A stretch of DNA of 64,000 nt from Pseudomonadota bacterium (GTDB taxonomy: Bacteria > Desulfobacterota > Desulfobulbia > Desulfobulbales > JAHJIY01): contig JAHJIY010000066.1 in NCBI GenBank assembly GCA_018823175.1, positions 92,570 through 156,569 of the forward strand. Direction: 5' to 3'. The notes beneath the pieces were generated by a model. It was given only the letters and a program-made list of their open reading frames with translations. It was not told the origin of the DNA and did no database searches. Positions 57,588-64,000 of this stretch are shown here, one piece after another. Position 1 is the stretch's first letter. Every line of letters starts with the position of its first letter. Made by a program: the position numbers and the translations under genes.

Positions 57588-58643
57588 ATGAATGTCAGGA
57601 TAGAGATTGAGGAAAGGGAAAAGGCTTATTTGTCTCCTTACGCCTGTCTTAGCGCCCAGAGCCGGGGCCGGATCCGGCCGGAAGAGGAGTGTTCTTTACG
57701 AAGCGCCTTTCAACGGGATCGTGACCGGATCGTCTATTCTAAGTCTTTTCGTCGTCTCAAGCATAAGACCCAGGTTTTTTTAACCCCGACTAAAGATCAC
57801 AGCCGGACCAGGTTGACCCATACGCTGGAGGTCTCGGAAATTGGCCGGACCATTGGCCGGGCCATGCGACTGAATGAAGATCTGGTCGAAGCGATAAGCC
57901 TGGGTCATGATCTTGGCCATACCCCTTTCGGTCATGCCGGCGAGAGTGTGCTCAATGAATTGATGAGTGGTGGGTTTTCCCATTATCGGCAAAGCCTGCG
58001 GGTGGTGGACGTTCTGGAAAATGATGGGCAGGGTCTTAATCTTACCTATGAAGTCAGGGATGGCATCGCCAAGCATTCCAAGGGCTACGGCGAGGTGATC
58101 CCGCAGGACCGGCATGGATTGCCGGAATCGGCCGAGGGTTGCGTGGTCAGATATGCCGATATTATTGCCTATCTAAGCCATGACCTGGATGATGCGATCA
58201 GCAGCGATATTATCCGGGAGGATGATGTGCCGGATAAATGTCATAAGGTGATGGGAGTCACTCATTCCCAGAGGATCATGACTATGGTCGAAGGGGTGCT
58301 TGCCGCCTCAGTCCCGGTGGCGCAAGATGGCGAAGATGACCTCCGCCTGCGTTTTGGGGTTGATCCCTTGGTGGGCGAGGCCATGCAGTTGTTGCGTGAT
58401 TTTCTTTTTCATAACGTTTATCGGGCCCCGCAGGTCCATAATGAGTTTTTAAAGGCCAGCAAGATGCTGACTGAGATTTTCAGATATTGTATGGAAAATC
58501 AGGATTTTGTTGAAGAGGAGATGGGTGGTTTTGCCAGTAGTATCTCGCACGAACGGCGGGTCTGTGATTTTATCGCCAGTATGACCGATCGCTATGCCCA
58601 GAACCTGTATCAAAGATTATTCATGCCCGATAAACTGGGCTGA
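57588..58643 (+). CDS. dGTPase-like HD-domain triphosphohydrolase (Dgt family)
   Basis: FQRDRDRIVYSKSFRRLKHKTQVF, TRLTHTLEVSEIGRTIG and GHDLGHTPFGH. Confidence 0.9.
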   Translation: MNVRIEIEEREKAYLSPYACLSAQSRGRIRPEEECSLRSAFQRDRDRIVYSKSFRRLKHKTQVFLTPTKDHSRTRLTHTLEVSEIGRTIGRAMRLNEDLVEAISLGHDLGHTPFGHAGESVLNELMSGGFSHYRQSLRVVDVLENDGQGLNLTYEVRDGIAKHSKGYGEVIPQDRHGLPESAEGCVVRYADIIAYLSHDLDDAISSDIIREDDVPDKCHKVMGVTHSQRIMTMVEGVLAASVPVAQDGEDDLRLRFGVDPLVGEAMQLLRDFLFHNVYRAPQVHNEFLKASKMLTEIFRYCMENQDFVEEEMGGFASSISHERRVCDFIASMTDRYAQNLYQRLFMPDKLG

Positions 58644-58673
58644 GACTTTATTTAAATTTATTGGAGAACAGAG

Positions 58674-58946
58674 ATGAGTGATGAGGTGGAGTTTCTGCCC
58701 TATGAAGTGGCGCAAAAGATCGTCGGCGCGGTCAACGAGGAAGAGCACCTGCGGGAATTAGACCGCCGGGTGTTGACGGTTTATGCTAAAAACGGCAAGG
58801 AGTTATGCTGGTTTGACGCCGAGGATATCCTCAAGGATATCGGCGCGGTTGATTCCAAAAAGGATGAGACCAAGGAAAAGGCGGTTGAATATGTCCTGCA
58901 TCATATCCCGACCTGGGTGATTGAGGGTCTTGATATCGCTGAGTAG
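58674..58946 (+). CDS. Hypothetical 90-aa acidic protein
   Basis: An ORF preceded by GGAGAA and 30 nt downstream of the dgt-like gene. No family was recognised. Confidence 0.5.
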   Translation: MSDEVEFLPYEVAQKIVGAVNEEEHLRELDRRVLTVYAKNGKELCWFDAEDILKDIGAVDSKKDETKEKAVEYVLHHIPTWVIEGLDIAE

Positions 58947-59588
58947 AGCCGCTAGACGACTCAAACGAAACTTATGTGCCGCGAAGCAGATAAGCGCTGA
59001 CTTCGAATGCCCTTGGGGTGCCCTTGTGGTATAAATAGTTGTTGTCGGTTGCGGTGATTCCGGAGTTTGGTGTTGGTTCGAAACATTATCAAGCAAAGGA
59101 CCATTTGCTACTTTCTAAAAGCCAGGGCGGTTTTTTGTTATCTTTGATCATGATTACCGGTATCGCGGGCACTGAAGGTAGGACGTTTTCTTGATCGGGA
59201 CTTCTTCTGTAATCCTGGCTGTTCAGCGAGTGAAGCAGGTTTTTCGTGATCGTTCTGAAATGAAAACACGTCTGGATGCTGCGTTAAATAACTAAATCAA
59301 GGATGTCCCCTGTTCCTACGGTTCCTTCTTCAGAATTGTTTATTTAAATGAGCTTTTCTCTACTGCAGAAAAGGTATCAAGCTTGACAAGTGGGTGTTTT
59401 GTCAGGCAAGAATGCCCAATAGTCAAAAATGCCCCCGCATGGATGAACCCTTATTTATTACTGCGGTCAGGTGACAGTTGATGTTCAATAAAAGCCAATA
59501 ACAGATTTGATGCCCCTTTCTCTCTGTTTATTGACGTTCGGGAGAAAAGCCCAAAGCGACTCCTTTTTCATAGATTATTTGGTGAAAT

Positions 59589-61652
59589 ATGCCTAAACAT
59601 AACGTAAGGGAAAAGGTTCTGATCCCACTTAGCTTGACCTTTGGCGTCTTAATCGTAGCATTTGTCTGGGCCGGTTACGGGATTCGCCGGGCCGATGAAC
59701 ATCTGCTATTACAACAACACTTCCAGGGTACGCAGAGTGTGCTGACCGGATTGTTGAAGGAAGAGGTGGCAGTTTTGACCTCGACGGTTGAATTCATCTC
59801 CAACCGGCCAGCCTTGCAACAGGCCATGGTGGATCATGATTTAAAGAGACTGAGCACCGAAAGCGGTCTTCTCTACGAACGCATTTCAAGTCAACTGAAT
59901 ATCACCCATTTTTATTATCATGATCCGCAGGGCCGACTTTTGCTCCGGGTCTATTTCCCTGAGGATGTCAGCACCCCGGCCCTGCGGCGAAAAACCATGC
60001 AACTGGCCATGCACAGCGGCCAGCCCCAGACCGGCCTGGAAATTGGCCGACACGGCACATTTGCTCATCGACTGGTATTCCCGTGGTATATGGCAGGGGA
60101 ACTGATCGGCTATATTGAACTGGGCAAGGATCTCAAACCAACCCTTGATAAGATCAAAGAAATTACCCAAATTGATTTGACTGTTGTCATCGACAAGAAT
60201 AATCTTAACCGCGAGAATTGGGAATCTTATGCAGTAAAGCAACAGCATCCTTTCCCCTGGGACTTTATGGCCGAAAAAGTGGTCAGTTATACGACCATCA
60301 ACCTCACCAGAAAAATGGCTGACCAGATATTCAAAGACTCTAAATACGGCATCATTGATGGCCATATTGACTTTGGCCAACGATCTTTTCGGGGGGCGTT
60401 GCTACCGGTGGCCGACACCCAGGATCAGCGGGTCGGTGATATGGTCATGCTGGCCGACGTAACCGGGCAAGAAATGGCTTTTTATGGATTTTTGATTTTG
60501 GTGGTCGGTTTTGGGCTCTTGCTATGTGGCGCATTGTTCGTTTTTTCTTACGGAGTTCTTGGCCGGGTGGGGCGGCAGTTGACCGCCGGTGCAGATCTTT
60601 TACGGCGAGAAAGTGCCAGTCTCTCCGAAGTTAATTTCCAGTTGCAGAAAGAAATTGATATTCGTAAACAGGCCGAAGAGCGGTTGCGCAATCTCAACCT
60701 TACCCTTGAAGGACGAGTGTCAGAACGGACCGGTGAGCTGGAGCAACAGAACGTCATCTTGGAGCAAAATCGTCGGGCGTTAGAAAAGGCCTACGAAGAA
60801 CTGCAGGAAAAACAGGCCGCCATTTTGCATCAGGACAAGATGGCCTGTATTGGCCAATTGGCGGCCGGTGTGGCCCATGACATCAACAACCCTGTCGGTT
60901 TTATCAGTCACAATCTGACCCTGTTCAGCCGCTACTTTCAGCGGCTGCAACAACTTTTCGCTTTACAGAAACAATTAATTATGGCGCGGGCCTCCCTCGA
61001 TATTAAGATGGCTTGCGAAAAAGACTGGCGGGATTTAAAAGTCGACGAAGTTTTTGCAGAAGTTCCGGTCATGTTGCAAGAGTGCCAGGTTGGCACCACG
61101 CGTATCACTCAGATTGTCCAGAGTCTGCGCACCTTTATTCGCAGCGAAACGCCTAAATACGAATTGACCAATCTGCAGCAGTGCCTTGATAGCACCCTGA
61201 CCTTGTTGCGCCATGAACTGGGCACCCGTATCCGGGTGGTGAAAGAATACCGGCCTATCCCCCTCTTCCCTGCATACACCCAGCAAATGAACCAGTTGTT
61301 CATGAACCTTCTGCTCAATGCCTGTCAGTCAATCGAAGGGCGCGGTGAGATTGTAATTCGCACCTGGGCCACTGACCAGCAGATCTCCATTGTCATTAGC
61401 GATAGCGGTTGCGGCATTCCCCCAGAGCTGTGCGAAAGGATCTACGAACCATTTTTTACAACCAAGCCGATCGGGGCCGGCACCGGTCTCGGGTTGAGTA
61501 TTGTCTACGAGGCGGTGACCCGGCATCAGGGCAGTCTGAAGGTTCAGAGCGAGGTTGGTCGCGGCACCACCTTTACCCTGTGCTTCCCTTTTAACAATCA
61601 AAAGACGGGGCCCGTTGATGCCCCGACCAGAGCAGGAGATTTCCATGGCTGA
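59589..61652 (+). CDS. Sensor histidine kinase with a periplasmic sensing domain
   Basis: Two TM helices flanking a ~280-aa extracytoplasmic domain, a coiled-coil linker, H-box AAGVAHDINNPV, and HATPase_c blocks (DSGCGIP, GTGLGLSIV). Confidence 0.9.
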   Translation: MPKHNVREKVLIPLSLTFGVLIVAFVWAGYGIRRADEHLLLQQHFQGTQSVLTGLLKEEVAVLTSTVEFISNRPALQQAMVDHDLKRLSTESGLLYERISSQLNITHFYYHDPQGRLLLRVYFPEDVSTPALRRKTMQLAMHSGQPQTGLEIGRHGTFAHRLVFPWYMAGELIGYIELGKDLKPTLDKIKEITQIDLTVVIDKNNLNRENWESYAVKQQHPFPWDFMAEKVVSYTTINLTRKMADQIFKDSKYGIIDGHIDFGQRSFRGALLPVADTQDQRVGDMVMLADVTGQEMAFYGFLILVVGFGLLLCGALFVFSYGVLGRVGRQLTAGADLLRRESASLSEVNFQLQKEIDIRKQAEERLRNLNLTLEGRVSERTGELEQQNVILEQNRRALEKAYEELQEKQAAILHQDKMACIGQLAAGVAHDINNPVGFISHNLTLFSRYFQRLQQLFALQKQLIMARASLDIKMACEKDWRDLKVDEVFAEVPVMLQECQVGTTRITQIVQSLRTFIRSETPKYELTNLQQCLDSTLTLLRHELGTRIRVVKEYRPIPLFPAYTQQMNQLFMNLLLNACQSIEGRGEIVIRTWATDQQISIVISDSGCGIPPELCERIYEPFFTTKPIGAGTGLGLSIVYEAVTRHQGSLKVQSEVGRGTTFTLCFPFNNQKTGPVDAPTRAGDFHG

Positions 61653-63009
61653 GCAAAAAACCCGCATTCTTTATGTTGACGACGAGTTGACCTGGCGGCG
61701 GATTTTCATCCGTGAGCTGCGCGATGATCCGCGCTTTACCATTCAAACTGCGGAAAACGGGGACGAGGCCCTGCGGGTTCTGGTGGATTTTCGAGCCGAA
61801 ATCGTCCTGACCGATCTTTCGATGCCAAAGATGGACGGCATCGCCCTGCTGCAGGAAATTCATGCCCGCTATCCGGATATTTTTGTTCTGATTCTGACCG
61901 GGGTCGACTCGACCAGAGAAGCGGTGCGTGCCATGAAGGCTGGGGCTTACGATTATATTCTAAAACCTTTCGATGCCACCTCCCTGCAGATGCAACTGGA
62001 AAAAATTATCCGCCATCGAAAGTTGCTCAACGGCGGCGGCCCCGATGGTGGCGCGGGAGAGGCACAATTTGAAAACCTGGTCGGCCAGGAACCCGCCATG
62101 TACGAACTTTTTGAATTCATCCGGCGGATTGCGGCAACCGACGCCACCGTCTTGATTCGGGGCGAAAGCGGCAGCGGCAAGGAACTGATTGCGGCAGCTA
62201 TTCACAACCGCAGCAATCGGCGCGATAAAGTCTTCATCCCGGTAAACTGCGCCGCTTTAACCGAAACTCTGATCGGCAGCGCCCTGTTCGGCCATGAAAA
62301 AGGAGCTTTTACCGGAGCAACGGCGCAGCAAATCGGTTTTTTTGAACGAGCTGACGGCGGCACGATCTTTCTCGATGAAATTGGCGACATTCCCATGCCG
62401 ACTCAGATCGCGCTCTTGCGGGTGTTCGAATTAGGCACTTTTCAACGGGTGGGGAGCACCGAAACCCGGCGGGTTGATACCCGGATAATCTGCGCCACCA
62501 ACCGGAACCTCGAGGCTGCCATCGGCGCCAAGACCTTTCGCGAAGATCTCTACTATCGCCTTAATGTGGTAACGCTGCGGGCTCCTCCGCTACGCGAACG
62601 GCTGGCCGATGTGCCCCTGCTGGTCCAGTATTTTCTGCGCAAGTTCAGTCGCGAATATGGCAAACCGGTTACCGCTATCAGCTCAGCCGCCCTGGCCCTG
62701 CTTAATGCCAATCCCTGGCCGGGCAACGTCCGAGAGCTGGCCCATGTGATTGAGCGGGCGGTGGTTTTTTGCCACGGTGCCGAGTTGAGGCCCGAGGACT
62801 TTCCAGCCGAAATGCGCCTGGCCAAGCCGGGCAATGACTTCAACCTGACTCTGAAATCGAGCGCCCTCCCCGAGATCGAAGCCGAAGTCATTCGCAAGGT
62901 GCTCGCAGCCAAGCAGTGGAACCTGTCTCGAGCCGCTGAAGCCCTGGGGATCGCCCGCGGCACCCTGTACAGCAAGATCAAAATTTACGGTATCGAAAAA
63001 TCCTCCTGA
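61645..63009 (+). CDS. sigma54-dependent response regulator (NtrC family enhancer-binding protein)
   Basis: REC domain (ILYVDDE, TDLSMPKMDG), AAA+ domain (GESGSGKE, GAFTGA, ESELFGHEKG-like FGHEKGAFTGA) and a C-terminal Fis-type HTH (AAEALGIARGTLYSKIK). The ATG at 61645 overlaps the kinase stop. Confidence 0.95.
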   Translation: MAEQKTRILYVDDELTWRRIFIRELRDDPRFTIQTAENGDEALRVLVDFRAEIVLTDLSMPKMDGIALLQEIHARYPDIFVLILTGVDSTREAVRAMKAGAYDYILKPFDATSLQMQLEKIIRHRKLLNGGGPDGGAGEAQFENLVGQEPAMYELFEFIRRIAATDATVLIRGESGSGKELIAAAIHNRSNRRDKVFIPVNCAALTETLIGSALFGHEKGAFTGATAQQIGFFERADGGTIFLDEIGDIPMPTQIALLRVFELGTFQRVGSTETRRVDTRIICATNRNLEAAIGAKTFREDLYYRLNVVTLRAPPLRERLADVPLLVQYFLRKFSREYGKPVTAISSAALALLNANPWPGNVRELAHVIERAVVFCHGAELRPEDFPAEMRLAKPGNDFNLTLKSSALPEIEAEVIRKVLAAKQWNLSRAAEALGIARGTLYSKIKIYGIEKSS

Positions 63010-63032
63010 CCTTCTCTCATTTTAATCCTGTT

Positions 63033-63208
63033 GAAAATTGAACAATCTCTTATTCGGCCTTTAAGGTACTCTTGGTAGGCTGTGAAGCGGCGCGCCCCGC
63101 GCATGTTTTCATGTTGCCGAAAATTGAACAACGCAGGAATCTTGAAAATTCCTCGGAAAAACGGCGAGTTGTAACGCTGCTGGTCTGCTGCTGTCCATAA
63201 TTGAACAG
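63033..63208 (+). promoter_or_regulatory. Three direct repeats (GAAAATTGAACAA x2 and a CATAATTGAACAG variant), candidate enhancer (UAS) sites
   Basis: Identical 13-mers at 63033-63045 and 63119-63131, and a related copy at 63196-63208. The last copy is about 100 bp upstream of the sigma54 promoter. Confidence 0.55.
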
Positions 63209-63297
63209 TCTGGCGAGATCAACAGCTGGCTGATCAGGTGCCTCAAAAACATCGCAACAGCTTTAAATCATTACTTAAATAATGGAAAAATCCATCT

Positions 63298-63313
63298 TGG
63301 TGCAAATTTTGCA
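63298..63313 (+). promoter_or_regulatory. sigma54 (-24/-12) promoter
   Basis: TGGTGCAAATTTTGCA, with GG at 63299-63300 and GC at 63311-63312, which is consensus spacing. It lies directly downstream of the EBP gene. Confidence 0.7.
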
Positions 63314-63516
63314 TTACATAGTTGGGATACAATCTGTGCAGGGACACAGGACGTCTTCGGGTCAAACAATTTAGGGCGGGCTCATAAGGGCGCGACAGCT
63401 GTGCTGAGGCCTGCTGCTGAGATCTCGGATGGTCAGCCTTTGTTTCCTGACAACGGGAAAAATCCTCTACTTTAAGGTGGGGGTAGTTTATTTAACTTAA
63501 TCAGTTAGGAGAAAAA

Positions 63517-64000
63517 ATGGGTAAATTTAGGGTTTTAAAATGGGGGGTGTTGTTGGTAGCGTTAACGCTGCTGGTAGCTCTCGTCGGCTGCAGCGGCGAC
63601 GACGGGAGTGTTGGGGCAACTGGTGCTGTCGGTCCAACTGGCCCTGATGGTGCAGATGGACAGGATGCTGTCGGTCTTACAGCCTTCGCTGCCCAACCTT
63701 TAGCAATCAGCGGCCTGGTTTTTGGGGCCAATGCTGACGGGTTCATTATTGCTACTTTTGATGCTGCCTCTGGCACGACACCGGTCACCGGCATGACCGA
63801 GTCGGTCACGAGTATTTCTTTCACCGGCTTGCTCCCAGGTACTGATGGAGCATCCGACGAGTGGACCTATTGGGGCGCCGCCACGGATGCCTTGGTTGAA
63901 AACTCCACGGGCAACTATACCCTCACCACCGACAAAAAAGTTGCCGACGCCCCTGCCGGCACAACAACCCAGCGTGCTCTGATCCAGTTCAACAATGGTG
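63517..64000 (+). CDS. Lipoprotein with a short collagen-like G-X-Y tract. The 3' end is truncated by the window edge.
   Basis: My own translation, since the ORF is open to the window end and is therefore absent from the ORF track: MGKFRVLKWGVLLVALTLLVALVGCSGDDGSVGATGAVGPTGPDGADGQDAVG... It has an AGGAG RBS at 63507-63511, a lipobox LVGC, and six consecutive GXY triplets. Confidence 0.75.
   Translation, partial: MGKFRVLKWGVLLVALTLLVALVGCSGDDGSVGATGAVGPTGPDGADGQDAVGLTAFAAQPLAISGLVFGANADGFIIATFDAASGTTPVTGMTESVTSISFTGLLPGTDGASDEWTYWGAATDALVENSTGNYTLTTDKKVADAPAGTTTQRALIQFNNG

Noticed and set aside
56886-58643. The deaminase plus dGTPase-like pair considered as a nucleotide-depletion anti-phage system
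   Set aside because: The two genes are divergent, not an operon. The HD protein has the common housekeeping Dgt-like architecture. The deaminase is a small TadA/guanine-deaminase-type protein without the extra domains described for defensive dCTP deaminases.
63314-63516. A cyclic-di-nucleotide (GEMM-type) riboswitch in the lipoprotein leader
   Set aside because: Such riboswitches are common upstream of extracellular protein genes in related taxa. However, the conserved GCAAA / ACGCAAAGC-type segments that I remember are not present. Only generic hairpins are visible.
63501-63824. A 107-aa minus-strand ORF
   Set aside because: It is antisense to the better-supported plus-strand lipoprotein gene, which has an RBS, a signal peptide, a lipobox and a sigma54 promoter. 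Its Pro/Ala/Thr-rich sequence is the mirror of the GXY-encoding region.

Overview
This is a 64-kb chromosomal window from a bacterium that looks like Desulfobacterota (Desulfuromonadales or Geobacter-like). That placement rests only on protein sequence flavour and gene order.

Most of the window is conserved core genome:
- 1-9.1 kb: the nusA-ylxR-infB-rbfA-nrnA-truB-rpsO-pnp translation and RNA-processing cluster.
- 9.2-17 kb: housekeeping genes, namely an M16 peptidase, dut, an MBL hydrolase, a MutS-related ATPase, a YihY membrane protein and an AsmA-like protein.
- 17.2-24.3 kb, minus strand: a nitrogen-assimilation supercluster, amt-amt-glnB-glnD then glnA. A textbook sigma54 promoter sits upstream of the first amt gene.
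- 24.4-36.8 kb, minus strand: a flagellar export and regulation cluster, fliL-M-N-O-P-Q-R-flhB-flhA-flhF-flhG-fliA-cheY, also with a sigma54-type promoter in front of fliL.
- 41-64 kb: mixed envelope, redox and signalling genes. These include TerC, a triheme cytochrome c, an OmpR-type two-component system divergent from a vWA-PspA-membrane operon, hemerythrin, an MFS transporter, DUF4492-cydAB, a peroxiredoxin, a radical SAM protein, a deaminase and a dGTPase-like HD protein. The window ends with a histidine kinase plus NtrC-type activator, followed by repeated upstream sites, a sigma54 promoter and a lipoprotein gene that runs off the window.

The one clearly accessory segment is about 36.7-41.05 kb, immediately upstream of fliL. 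It contains a 60-bp element that aligns without gaps to the classical aadA-type integron attC site, and two weaker attC-like imperfect palindromes. No integrase is visible. It carries three nuclease-flavoured genes:
- a PD-(D/E)xK (DUF6602-like) protein;
- a 533-aa orphan protein with a single RNxxxH (HEPN-like) motif, co-oriented with and 32 bp downstream of the first gene;
- a separate NYN + OST-HTH cassette.

The two-gene module at 37561-39875 is my best candidate for an undescribed system, possibly a defence or abortive-infection function.

Other points worth a second look are a roughly 15-copy heptanucleotide tandem repeat between flhB and flhA, with a smaller copy at 56.8 kb, and the vWA-PspA envelope module.

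All calls come from reading the translated ORFs and the DNA. No database search was possible.
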